This document shows, in pieces, positions 12,701 through 23,569 of a stretch of 64,000 nucleotides of DNA. The notes beneath the pieces are model-generated. The model made no database searches, was not told where the DNA came from, and worked only from the letters and a program-made list of their open reading frames with translations. Positions within the stretch are counted from its first letter, which is position 1; the number at the start of each line of letters is the position of its first letter. The DNA is taken from assembly GCA_963665115.1 (NCBI GenBank), contig OY762007.1:544001-608000 (forward strand), in the 5' to 3' direction. The position numbers were made by a program, and so were the translations under genes. This DNA comes from an uncultured Rivularia sp. Its GTDB lineage: Bacteria; Cyanobacteriota; Cyanobacteriia; Cyanobacteriales; Nostocaceae.

Positions 12701-15700
12701 ACCGCACTAATATAACCGCGATCTAAATCTTGCCATAGTTGCTGCTGTAATTTTTGAGCGCGGTTGGCAAATGTATTAGGAACTGAGTTATCAACTTCCA
12801 GAAGTGTTAGAGAGGTGAAGTCGCCAACTAAATCGTTGACTTGGGGGTGCAGGGATAAACGATTAAAAAGAGTCAAATTAATCGTAAATTTCTGACTTTT
12901 GCTCCAAATACCAAGAATTTGGGCGAAAGCAGCTAATAAAACCCCACTAGGAGTTAAATTAAATTTATTTCCCCAATCTTTCAATTGTTGCCATTCACTT
13001 GGGGATAGTTTGGCGTTGCGACGTTTAAATTTAGGCTTGGTAATAGAACCTGGATTCTTGGCTAAGGGTAATTCTGGTGCTGAGGGTAGAGTTTCTAATC
13101 GGTTAAACCAATACTCCTGAGAACGTTGATATTGTGGTGTATTTGATAAAGTTAACTCCGCGAAAACATAATCTCGAAATGAAAGTTCTAGTGGGGGTAA
13201 TACAACATCGGGATTCTCGTAAAGTTTTGCCCACTCTCGCCCCAGGACAAACATACTCCAGGCATCAGCTATCAGTGCATCGAAGCTGAGATGAAGTCGG
13301 ATATGTACCTGATCCAAACGAGTAGCTCGGATTTCAAACAACGGAAAGCTATCTGCTGTTAATACCTCATGAGACATACGTTCGCGGATAGATTCGAGCT
13401 TTGCGTTAACTGCTTCGTCAGATTCTCCGCACAAGTCCAAAAGCTCAATATCGTAGGAGGGAACTTGTTCTAGAATTTGCTGCTGACCATCTGGTAAGAT
13501 TACAGTTCTGAGCATCTCATGGCGGTCAATTAATTTCTGCCATGCCTGATTTAACCTTTGCAGATTTAAGTTTTTACTTTCTAACTCTATATAACCGTGA
13601 GCAGCAATATTACCTAGTTCAAAGGCTTCATTACGACCTAGCCAGTAAGCTTGTTGAATATCGGTGAGAGGGAAGGGCTGATACCGTTGCTCGGGAGCAG
13701 GTACAATTGTCGGCAAAGGAACCAACATTTCAGATGAAGATTCACCTTGACGCAAAGAAGCAAGATTTTGGGTAAGTTCGGCAACGGTGGGAGATTCCAA
13801 CAAAGAGCGTAAGGGAAACTCAACATTAAAAGTTTGCTGTAATCGAGAAACTACTTGAGTCGCGAGCAGTGAATGTCCTCCCAATTCAAAAAAGTTATCG
13901 TGAATCCCCACTCGTTGCAGTTTCAGTACCGAGGTAAAAATATCAGCAATTGCTGCTTCGGTAGATGTGCGGGGTGCAACAAATTCTACTTGTCGATTTT
14001 GCTCTACATCCGGTGTGGGTAAAGCGCGACGATCTATTTTACCATTAGGGTTTAAAGGTAAAGCTTCTAAAATGACAAAAGCAGACGGCACCATATAATC
14101 GGGCAACTTCTGCCTGATTAAATCACGCAATTCCTTAGTGCTTAAAGATTCTTGGCGAGCAACAATATAGGCAGCTAAATACTTATTATCTACTTGTTCT
14201 TCTCGAACAATTACCACCACTTCTTGTACTTGAGGATGGGTAATCAGAACCGCTTCAATTTCCCCTAACTCGATGCGGAAGCCACGAATTTTAACTTGAT
14301 TGTCAATTCTACCCAAAAACTCAATGTTTCCATCAGGTAAATACCGAGCTAAATCTCCAGTTTTATAAAGTTGTTCTTGTTTTACTCCCCTATTTGCAAA
14401 GGGGCTGGAGATGAATTTCTGCTTAGTTAAATCTGGACGATTAAAGTAGCATTGCGCCAAACCAATACCACCAACGTGCAGTTCTCCCGGAACCCCAATA
14501 GGAACTGCTTGGAGATGACTGTCTAAGATATAAACTTGTGTATTATTAAAAGGATGTCCAATGGGCACTAGCCCATCAACAGATAAATTGACATTCGTAC
14601 TTTCAAAATAGGTACTGTCAATAGTGGCTTCACTCAGCCCATAGGAATTAATTAAGCGAGTATTAGAATCGCAAAAACGCTTCCATTCTTGATATTCTTT
14701 TACATATAAACTATCCGAACCTACCACCAACAACCGCATAAAGTGAAGATTTTGGTTGGTTCTTTTCAGATATTGCACCAAATTCCTCAAAACAGGTGGA
14801 ACAAACTCCGCGCAATCAATCTTCTCTTCGCGCATCAAGTTATACAGCTTTTCCGGTTCTAAAAGCCACTCACGGGGACATAAAACTAACTTACCCCCAG
14901 AGCAAAGAGCGCGAATGAAATCCCCAGAAAACACATCAAAAGAGAAACTAGCCATTTGTAAATGACTGGTGAGGGAATTAAGCTGATATGCATCTTCCCA
15001 AGCCCAATATGCATTAACTAAACTACGATGGGCGATCGCAACTCCTTTAGATCTACCTGTAGAGCCTGATGTGTATACTACATAGGCTAAATTTTCTGAC
15101 GTGGCACTGTGAACTAAATTTGTTTCACTTTCCTGACTAATAACTTGCCAATCTTTGTCCAAACAAACCACAGGTATATCTTGCTCGGGAAGAATTTCTA
15201 GCAGTTTTTCTTGAGTCAACAATACCGATACCTGTGAATCACCAAGCATGAAATTCAAGCGCTCTTGAGGCAATCGCGGATCTAAAGCTACATAAGCTCC
15301 ACCAGCTTTAAGAATTCCTAAATTACCTACAACCATTTCCAGGGAAACGCTCCACATAAATTCCCACTAGCACATCTGGCTTTACTCCCAATGAATGCAA
15401 GTAGCGTGCTAATTGATTAGCTCGTTCGTTTAACTCTTGGTAAGTCAGTTGTTTGTCTTGAAACGATACAGCTACTGCATTTGGTGTTTTATTCGCCCTA
15501 TCTTCAAATAACTGATGAATGCACAAACAGGGGGGATATTCTACTTGGTTATTATTCCACTCTCTCAATAAATTCTCTTCGACATCCGATAGCATTGGTA
15601 ATAAACCAATCTCCTTCTGTGGGTTGTTGACAATTCCCTCAAGTAAAGTCTGAAAATTGTCCGCCATTCGCTTGATAGTCGTTTCATCAAATAAATCAGT

Positions 15701-17113
15701 GCTGTACCTGAAAATACCAATTAAGGATTCTCTTGTCTCGACAATATCCAATACTAAATCGTTTTGTCCTTCCTGTTGCGGTATCACAAAAGGTTCTAAA
15801 GTCAAACCTCCCCAACTTTCTGCAACTGTTGTTTTATTAGACACAGATAATTCATATTCCGGTGCCATTTCCTGAAGTTGCAACATATTAAACGAAGCAC
15901 GGAAAAGCCCAAGAAGACTGGGGTCGCGGTTTAACTGTAATCGCTCGATTAATAATGGAGTTGGATAATCTTGATGGGTGAGTGCTGCTAATACCGATTG
16001 ACGCACTTGAGACAAAAGCTCAGAAAAGGTAGGATTGCCAGCAAAATTTACTCGCAGAGCCAGCATATTAACGAAAAAGCCTACAGTATGGGCGAATTCA
16101 GCCTTACTTCTCCCCTCCGTAGGAGAGCCAACAACGATATCTTCCTGCCCCGTGTAGCGATGAACCAGTACTTGAAAAGCTGCCAGCAGGGTCATGTAAA
16201 GGGTTGCTCCCTCCCCTCTTCCTATTTCCTTAAGCTTATGGGCTAATTCTTTAGTTAGTTCAAAACTATAACAAGCTCCTTGATAATTCTGCACTGGCAT
16301 TCGCGGGCGATCCGTAGGCATATTTAGTACTGGTAACTCCCCAGCAAACTGTTTCTGCCAATATGCCCAATTATTATCCCCCACAGGACTTTTGAGCATT
16401 TTATCTTGCCATTGCACAAAGTCCTTATACGAGTGCTTAATAGGAGCTAGAGATACTGAAGAACCATGACTTTCCGCCTCGTAGAGCAAACGCAACTCAT
16501 CTAAAATAATCCCAAATGAAAAACCATCTACCGCAATGTGATGTATCGTCAGTAATAACACATAGTCTTGTAGAGAGCGAGTAAATAGATCTACTCGGAT
16601 TACACAACCTCGTTGCAAATCAAAAGGACGCTTATATGCAGCGATCGCCCTTTCGATCAATTCCGAATCATCCCAATTTGAAGCGTCAGTAGTTTCAATA
16701 GAGAATTCCTGGTATTCGTGAACTACTTGAAAAGGTTCAGCATCTCCTTGAGCAAACGTAGTACGTAGTGTGGGATGACGAGCTATTAATGCCTGCAAAG
16801 CCCGTTCCAAAGCCGGAACATTTAAACGGGAACGGATGCGAACTGTAAAAGCAATATTATATGCAGCGCTTGATGGTGCAAGTTTATATAGAAACCATAA
16901 ACCTTGCTGACCGTAACTAAGAGGATAGGATCTAGAACTATAAAAATCGGATCTCAATAAATGAATAATTTCTGTCTTATGCTGCTTAATTTTATTTAAT
17001 AGTGTGGAAGTTAATGCTTCTTTAGGACCCCGATAACGCAGCTTATCATTCTCTACCCACAATTCCACATTCTGCTGTGATAGGTCTTTAATAAAATCAG
17101 CTAAATTATTCAT
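9709..17113 (-). CDS. NRPS 1: docking domain-C-A(Orn/Lys-like)-PCP-Cy-A(Cys, embedded Ox)-PCP; +1 frameshift at ~15346
   Basis: C motif HHIAVDG, A1 code DVGEVGSIDK, PCP LGGHSLL, Cy motif DALIADAWS, A2 code DLYNLSLIWK, FMN oxidase insert (RQSYRQF...YPSAGSLYPVQ), PCP LGMDSL. Deleting one base restores ERSLEMVVG. Confidence 0.92.
11021..12585. repeat. ~1.55-kb near-identical duplicate, copy A
   Basis: Matches ~6827-8390; identity ends where the Ox domain is inserted. Confidence 0.88.
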
Positions 17114-17532
17114 ATTTCTCCGTCAATCCAATCATCATCATCATTTATTGCTTTGGAGTTGAGGTTTTCCTTATCTTGAGAGAGAGCATTTTCTATCTGC
17201 TCATCCACTAGCATTACCAAATTAGCAACAGTAAAGTCGTCTAGGAATTTCACCGCAGCCAAGTCCACCAACCAATCGGTTCTCACTTTATTCCTCAGTT
17301 TTACAGCAATCAGAGAGTCAATTCCTAAATACTTGATAGACTGCTGCATATCTAATTCAGATGGGCTTATACCTATAGCTTTAGCAATCTCAAGACGCAT
17401 ATAAGCTCCTAAGAATTCTTGACGCTCGCTTGTAGTGAATTCAGCCCATCTTTCTAAAAATTCATAGGGTTTTACTACAGTGTGTTCTAATTCTTCTTGT
17501 GATTCAATTTCACCAATTAATTTGGAATGCAT
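17110..17532 (-). CDS. Stand-alone acyl carrier protein (PKS-type) with acidic C-terminal docking tail
   Basis: Phosphopantetheine motif LGIDSLIAVKLRN and C-terminus DDDDWIDGEI; stop overlaps the NRPS 1 start. Confidence 0.88.
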   Translation of the reverse strand: MHSKLIGEIESQEELEHTVVKPYEFLERWAEFTTSERQEFLGAYMRLEIAKAIGISPSELDMQQSIKYLGIDSLIAVKLRNKVRTDWLVDLAAVKFLDDFTVANLVMLVDEQIENALSQDKENLNSKAINDDDDWIDGEI

Positions 17533-17567
17533 GGGAAAAATTATAGTTTTAAAATGAACCCTAAAGC

Positions 17568-18164
17568 TTAAGTTAATACAGATTTGTGACCATTATTAAT
17601 AGTTTTTTCATTCTCGCTATTTAAGATAGCGATGGTAACATCACCTTCAGACCAACCACCATTATCATCATAAAATGCACAGGAAGTTTTCAACATAATT
17701 AAATCCCCACGAGCAGATACTTTATTTATTGATAAAGCTCCTTGAAAATGATTAGAATTTATTGGCTTTTTAAAAGCGCTAGAAAATTTAACAATCAGAA
17801 AATCACTCAGATGACGAAATTCATAGGTTTCTAAACTCCAATTTTTCATCACCTCCAACAAATCATTTTGTACTAAATAAGCAATTATTATATAGAACAA
17901 TTGGTTGTAACAAATATTGAATTCTACTGAATTAAAATGACCAGTATCATCAATATAGCAAGATTCTGAAATTGAAAAGTCAGCTTTTATAAACCATAGA
18001 CTCCGAACATCACTTTTATTTTTATCAATCAAATCACTTTGTATTGGATATTGAAATTGAGCTTTTTTTAGATACTTACAACTCTCCTTATAAGGCTTAA
18101 GAAAAGTATCCAATAAATCCTGATTAACATCATCAACCTTGATATATTCCTGATTGATATTCAT
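17568..18164 (-). CDS. FcoT-family thioesterase (ScoD/Rv0098-like; Gly Michael addition)
   Basis: Family signature ESCYIDDTGHFNSVEFNICYNQ and N-terminal LKPYKESCKYLK. Confidence 0.88.
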   Translation of the reverse strand: MNINQEYIKVDDVNQDLLDTFLKPYKESCKYLKKAQFQYPIQSDLIDKNKSDVRSLWFIKADFSISESCYIDDTGHFNSVEFNICYNQLFYIIIAYLVQNDLLEVMKNWSLETYEFRHLSDFLIVKFSSAFKKPINSNHFQGALSINKVSARGDLIMLKTSCAFYDDNGGWSEGDVTIAILNSENEKTINNGHKSVLT

Positions 18165-18274
18165 AGTTTTTGCTCAGTGGATTAGATGATAACTACAATC
18201 AAATAAATAAACCACAGAACTGTAACCTCTGTGATTCTTCAATTTGATTGTTAATTTGCATGTAAAAGTAATAT

Positions 18275-19171
18275 TTACTTGACAAGCATTCTTGACTGTT
18301 TTTCCACACTCTCAGAGGAAACATAAAATGGTAAGCCATCGTAAATACCGATGCGATAGCTGACACTTTTCTCACCTGTTGGCACTGTAGAAGCCATATG
18401 ATTTAAACTTCTGTTCTCCCATAAGAGAATATCTCCGTCTCTCCATGTATGGGTATGAATATGCTCATCACGTTCAATAAATGCAAATAGTTCGGGCAAA
18501 ACTTTTTGATTTGTTTCACGATCAACATTCACAATACCAGTGGTAAAACCTTGGCTCATGTACAATATTTTTTCATTAGTAACGGGATGGGTAATTACAG
18601 ATGGGTGTGTTACAGATGGAAATTTATTTTCAAAATCATTCATAATATCGATGACTGCTCTATCAATATCACACTCTTGGACTTTATAACGCCATTTAGC
18701 CTCATGACGTAAATATTTTCCATCAACATACATTTTTAAATTTGCAGGCAATTTTTTATAAACCTGCTGCATATCTATGTAATAAGTTTCTCTAATCGAA
18801 TGAGGTAAAACTTGCGGGTATAACATCGTAAATGGCAAGGGTTCATTAAGAAATGCACAGTCAGTATGCCAATATCTGCCAGTACCCTTAACTCCAAATT
18901 TCTTCCCATCTTTCGGAACATTAGAAGATACAAATATTTCTGGATAATCTGGGTGATGATAATTATCTTGAGGGTAAATTTGTGGAACTCCAATTTTGCT
19001 CGCAAATTCTAAGTATTGGTCTTCATTAATATTTTGGTTTCTGAAAACCACTAATTTATGTTCGTATACAAGTTGCTTAATTATATTGATTTGTTCTTTA
19101 GCAATTGAAACAACGTCTATGTCTAAAATCTCTGCACCAATAAATTCCAAAGGAGGTCTATTAATCTTCAT
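18275..19171 (-). CDS. TauD-family Fe(II)/2-oxoglutarate dioxygenase, ScoE/Rv0097-like isonitrile synthase (alternative TTG start 19240)
   Basis: HxD in TGRYWHTD, distal His in WENRSLNH, VSYR. Segments YHHPDYPEIFVSSN, YPQVLP, TYYIDM and LYMSQGFT are recalled as ScoE-like; adjacent to an FcoT gene. Confidence 0.85.
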   Translation of the reverse strand: MKINRPPLEFIGAEILDIDVVSIAKEQINIIKQLVYEHKLVVFRNQNINEDQYLEFASKIGVPQIYPQDNYHHPDYPEIFVSSNVPKDGKKFGVKGTGRYWHTDCAFLNEPLPFTMLYPQVLPHSIRETYYIDMQQVYKKLPANLKMYVDGKYLRHEAKWRYKVQECDIDRAVIDIMNDFENKFPSVTHPSVITHPVTNEKILYMSQGFTTGIVNVDRETNQKVLPELFAFIERDEHIHTHTWRDGDILLWENRSLNHMASTVPTGEKSVSYRIGIYDGLPFYVSSESVEKQSRMLVK

Positions 19172-19774
19172 TGTTTTTTGTATGCTTATTTTATTGGAAC
19201 TTGCCTTCTCTACATCTGTTCCTTGTTTTTTGTTCTGCAATTCTGCTCAAATAATTGACAATCCTCTTACAAAGTAAAGTAGATGAGAATGGTATAAAAA
19301 ACCATTTATATTACCTACTATGGATATATTCAAAACTCACGATGTTGAATATTTATGATTCATTGAGACTATAACCTAAAATCTATTCCTAGCAAAAAGT
19401 AACAAATAGTACATATTAGTTTTTACTATTATTGACTATTTTTCTTCACAGGAATAAAAAGTAGCTATTTATACTATTTCTTTAAATTAAATGTTTTCAG
19501 TGCTTATAATGAATTGCTTTCAGTGCTTATATAGATAGAAAAACGATCGAAGCAATAGTCTAAAATAATACTAATTATTTAAAATGAATTTGTTGGTAAT
19601 CAATTTACTGTATTTTTATTTAAGTAAGCAGAATAATTCTGATGTTTGATAAGTTGTCAAACTAATCTCAAATGCTTATTAATTAAGGACTTTTAAAGCA
19701 GAGCGACTAACCGTTCTAAATCATAAGAATAATTAATCAAAAGTAAGTTAATAAAAATTATGATATTTGGATCA

Positions 19775-19863
19775 AGACTTACGCACTCGTGATGATTTTC
19801 CAGAGTTTAGGATTGCAAGATACGTCGCAATGACTGTAATTACGTTGTCTTTACGTAAGTCCT
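19775..19863. repeat. Small inverted-repeat element (AAGACTTACGCA...TACGTAAGTCCT)
   Basis: Imperfect 12-bp terminal inverted repeats; internal CGCAATGAC is shared with the element at ~33775. Confidence 0.5.
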
Positions 19864-19922
19864 ATAGATATCAAACGAATGTACTCTGCTTAAGCGACTA
19901 CGAGAAAATAAATGATTTCAAA

Positions 19923-19941
19923 AATAATGATAATTACTCTC
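19923..19941. promoter_or_regulatory. Candidate Fur/Zur-family box AATAATGATAATTACTCTC
   Basis: 15/19 match to the GATAATGATAATCATTATC consensus, upstream of the isonitrile operon. The AT-rich background weakens its significance. Confidence 0.4.
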
Positions 19942-20546
19942 GTTGGGGTGACTATAATTTGGGTGGACGTAATTAATTCCCCATAAATTTCACTTAGGAA
20001 CTTCAATGTTCGTCTAATTAAGGGATAAATCCGGGGGCTCCTCAGAAGCGATTTTATCGAGTGACGGTTAAAAATAATCGTTTAATTTTGCTGCCCGAGC
20101 TTTTTTTGAGTATCACTAATTTGAGCTTCTAACTCGTATTATCGTTATTTCCGATATCCGAACATATTATTTACTTATTGAATATCTTTACAAAAATGAT
20201 ATTAGGAACCATTTATCAGAAAAAATCACTCGGTATAAACCACAGCAAAACTATTAACTCGATTGCAACTTCATCTGGCTCCCGTGTAAGTTTCACTTAT
20301 CGATGCTAATGTAGCTATTGAACTGGGACGATCGAATTTTCGTCCTGTTATTTAATTCGGCTTCTTGTTCTAAGGCTTTGTCATACTTCTGCCATATTTG
20401 AGCCGATTGATAAAATCTTGTAATATTTTTTTATGTTTCGACCTGTCTCGATCGCTATTTAACTTTAACGACCTTTGCTCAAGCTTTACACAGAGTTAGA
20501 ACACAACACATTTTGCTAACACATACCCATTTGGAGAGATACCTTC

Positions 20547-21275
20547 ATGAACCCATCAGGGGTAAAAATTATTTTAGTAGAACCAGCAGGGCCACTAAAT
20601 GTAGGCTCTATAGCGCGGGTGATGAAAAATTTTGCGCTTAAACAACTGGTTTTAGTAAACCCCCAATGCGATTATTTGGGAGAAGAAGCTACAAGAATGG
20701 CAGTTCATGCCAGAGATGTTTTAGAAACAGCAGTATGTGTAACCACATTGCCCCAAGCATTAGAAGGTTGCCTTCGAGCGATCGCCACAACAGCTAGAAC
20801 CCGAGATAATTCTCTGCTGCAAAGTCCCCGCGAAGTATTACCCTGGTTATTAGAAGCAGAATCACAACCAGCAGCATTAATATTTGGTAGAGAAGACCGA
20901 GGATTAAGCAACGAAGAATTAAACTACGCTCAAAAATTTATGCGTATTCCTACTGACTCCGGATATGCATCCTTAAATCTGGCTTCCGCTGTAGCAATTA
21001 GCTGTTACGAATTAGCACAAAATCAACCATCAACCATTGAAACTGCTGCTTTAGATAACGAAATTGCACCGATAGAGGTTGTCGAAGGATACTACGAACA
21101 GTTAGAATCGCTACTGCTGTCTATCGAATATCTATATCCTCATACTGCCAACCGTCGCATGGAAAAGTTTAGACAATTGTATAATCGCGCTCAACTACAA
21201 ACAACAGAAGTCGCTATGCTAAGAGGTATCTTACGACAGATGCAGTGGGCGATCGCACAATCCGGAAAGTTATGA
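20547..21275 (+). CDS. trmJ: SPOUT RNA methyltransferase, TrmJ/LasT family
   Basis: ILVEPAGPLNVGSIARVMKN, FGREDRGLSNEEL and SLNLASAV motifs. Confidence 0.88.
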   Translation: MNPSGVKIILVEPAGPLNVGSIARVMKNFALKQLVLVNPQCDYLGEEATRMAVHARDVLETAVCVTTLPQALEGCLRAIATTARTRDNSLLQSPREVLPWLLEAESQPAALIFGREDRGLSNEELNYAQKFMRIPTDSGYASLNLASAVAISCYELAQNQPSTIETAALDNEIAPIEVVEGYYEQLESLLLSIEYLYPHTANRRMEKFRQLYNRAQLQTTEVAMLRGILRQMQWAIAQSGKL

Positions 21276-21425
21276 AAACAGATGAAAGAATATTAATCAT
21301 GTGTCGCTATTATCCCCGAAAGTAAGAATAATAGCTTAAACTAAACACAAAAATGCTACAAAGGGTAATTTAAGTTCGAGAGTTCGTAGCGTATTAAAAG
21401 AATAAGTGGGTTAGAAGGAGTAGCG

Positions 21426-22952
21426 GTGTCAGAGTCAAGTTATAAATATACAGCTTCTGGACGGCGACAACCCACAAAGGGCCGTCAACGAGTGCGTAAA
21501 GTCCAAAAGCCGGGAAATGGCAAAGTAAAAGTAGTTGGAAAGCAACGTCCACCTCAACAAGGTGGAACCGTTTCACGTGTGATAATTAACCCTTCCTCTA
21601 ACACCGCGAAAAAACCTCGAAAGCGTCAAAGAGTAGAAGCACCAGCAGAGACTTGGTTAAGAAAAAAGAATGCATCTAAAGGAATGAAATCGGCTGCTGT
21701 AAACGGTAAGATTCCACCTTTAAAATTCAATAAACGAGTCACTAAAAGAGTTAAAGTATCTAACAAAACTCGCCTCAAGCCGATGGCGAGAACCATGCTT
21801 TATATATTGCGCTTATTAATCGTCGGAGTGGGTATTGGCGCAATTGTAGGTACAGCATTATCAGTATTAGATCCAGCCACTCAAAACACTACAGCTTCAA
21901 ACTCATCTAACGTCGAACAAAATCAAGCTCAAACGCCTGCCAACAATCAAGGTTTATATTTAACCCAGGAAATAATTCCTCTCAAAAGCACCATACAAAG
22001 TCTAGTTGCCGCTAACCCGAATTTGACACCGGGGATTCTTATAGCAGATTTAGATAGTGGTAACTATGTAGATTTAAACGGCAACGCTTCATTTCCAGCA
22101 GCCAGCACTATTAAATTACCCATACTTGTTGCCTTTTTCCAAGATGTAGATGCAGGAAAAATTCAACTAAATGAACCGTTAGTCATGACAAAAGAAATGC
22201 TTGCGGGTGGCTCCGGTGATATGCGGAGTAAACCAGTCGGAAGCAAATTCACCGCCTTGGAAGTCGCGGATAAAATGATGGTAATTAGCGATAACACCGC
22301 TACAAATATGCTAATTGCCCGCATGGGTGGAATAGATGCTTTAAATCAAAGATTTCGCAGTTGGGGATTAACAGCTACCACACTTCGCAATCAACTACCC
22401 GACATTCAAGGAACCAATACCACCAGCCCCAAAGAATTAGCACAAGTAATGGCAATGGTGAACAAAGGGCAATTAGTTTCAAACATGATGTCTCGCGAAC
22501 GTATACTTGACATCATGCGTCGCAACCAAAGACGGCATTTGTTACCCAAAGGTTTAGGTGCGGGAGCCAAAATAGCAAATAAAACCGGATATATTGGCGC
22601 AATGTTAGGTGATGTAGGTTTAATTGAATTACCATCCGGCAAGCGCTACGTTGCAGCAGTCATGGTACAGCGCCCCAGAAACGATCCTCGCGCAGAAACT
22701 TTAATTACTTCCGTATCTAGTTCCGCTTACCAATACTTTAATCAACCAGTGGGGATGCCAGGAATACCTGGAACCAACGTGCTTCCACCAAGCAGTAGCT
22801 CTCCTTATTTAAATAATCCATCAACGGGAACCAACACTTATCAACCTCCGCTACCGAATCCCGTTCCCAACGGTGTAAATAATCCAATGCCCATAACAAC
22901 TTATCCCAACAATGGGTACAATTCGCAGTATTATTATCCTTATCAAAGATAA
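21426..22952 (+). CDS. Membrane-anchored serine hydrolase (class A beta-lactamase-like / PBP fold)
   Basis: SxxK (ASTIK), SDN and KTG motifs; basic N-terminus followed by a TM helix. Confidence 0.85.
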   Translation: MSESSYKYTASGRRQPTKGRQRVRKVQKPGNGKVKVVGKQRPPQQGGTVSRVIINPSSNTAKKPRKRQRVEAPAETWLRKKNASKGMKSAAVNGKIPPLKFNKRVTKRVKVSNKTRLKPMARTMLYILRLLIVGVGIGAIVGTALSVLDPATQNTTASNSSNVEQNQAQTPANNQGLYLTQEIIPLKSTIQSLVAANPNLTPGILIADLDSGNYVDLNGNASFPAASTIKLPILVAFFQDVDAGKIQLNEPLVMTKEMLAGGSGDMRSKPVGSKFTALEVADKMMVISDNTATNMLIARMGGIDALNQRFRSWGLTATTLRNQLPDIQGTNTTSPKELAQVMAMVNKGQLVSNMMSRERILDIMRRNQRRHLLPKGLGAGAKIANKTGYIGAMLGDVGLIELPSGKRYVAAVMVQRPRNDPRAETLITSVSSSAYQYFNQPVGMPGIPGTNVLPPSSSSPYLNNPSTGTNTYQPPLPNPVPNGVNNPMPITTYPNNGYNSQYYYPYQR

Positions 22953-22956
22953 ATTA

Positions 22957-22995
22957 AATAGGGAATAGGGAATAGGGAATAGGAAATAGGGAATA
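22957..22995. repeat. STRR heptamer tandem repeat (AATAGGG)n
   Basis: About 5 tandem copies. Confidence 0.85.
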
Positions 22996-23095
22996 AATGA
23001 TTTTACCATTGTCAGTAGATAAAGTTTTAAATCACCGATTTTGAAATAATTTCTAAGTATCTTATTCTATTACCAATTACCTATTACCATTTACC

Positions 23096-23458
23096 ATGAC
23101 TACTCCTTCAATTCAATTCTTTGCTGGCATTAACGAGAAATTAGGAAACGTTAGCTTGCGTAGTAATCCGAATACTGGAAAACGCATCGTTTTAATGACA
23201 TTTGACCAGATGCAAGCATTAGAAGAATTCAATAGCTTTAAAAAACAGTCTTTAAATTCAATGCTTTTGAAAGATGAAGAAGGCGAAATCAACGTAACCC
23301 CCTCCTCTACTAAATTCATCTTTGCTGGTGACGAAGGAGACGAATTAAAAAGAGTTGATTGTCAATTTGAAATAGAGCAAGACGAGCATTGGGAAAGATT
23401 TATGCGCTTCATGCATCGTTATGCTGATGCCAACGGTATGGCTTATGCAGACTCTTAA
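23096..23458 (+). CDS. psb28: Photosystem II assembly factor Psb28
   Basis: SIQFFAGINE, DEEGEI and WERFMRFMHRYA motifs. Confidence 0.92.
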   Translation: MTTPSIQFFAGINEKLGNVSLRSNPNTGKRIVLMTFDQMQALEEFNSFKKQSLNSMLLKDEEGEINVTPSSTKFIFAGDEGDELKRVDCQFEIEQDEHWERFMRFMHRYADANGMAYADS

Positions 23459-23569
23459 AGAGTTAGGAGTTAGGAATTAGGAGTAGTAAGTTAATAGTTA
23501 AGAAATTTCTACCCCCTCTTCCCCCTCTACCCCCTCTACCCCCTCTTCCCCCTCTTCCCATCTTCCTTC

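Noticed and set aside
3917..17113. NRPS cluster as a decaying pseudogene cluster (three frameshifts)
   Set aside because: The same one-base GTTC-to-GTTTC change also hits dnaB and comF, and all catalytic motifs are intact, so an artefact is more likely.
18275..19240. Plain taurine dioxygenase (tauD)
   Set aside because: No sulfonate ABC transporter nearby; the FcoT/ACP/NRPS context and ScoE-like segments fit an isonitrile synthase better.
21426..22952. Antibiotic-resistance beta-lactamase
   Set aside because: Membrane-anchored cyanobacterial serine hydrolase in a core-genome context; resistance cannot be inferred from the fold.
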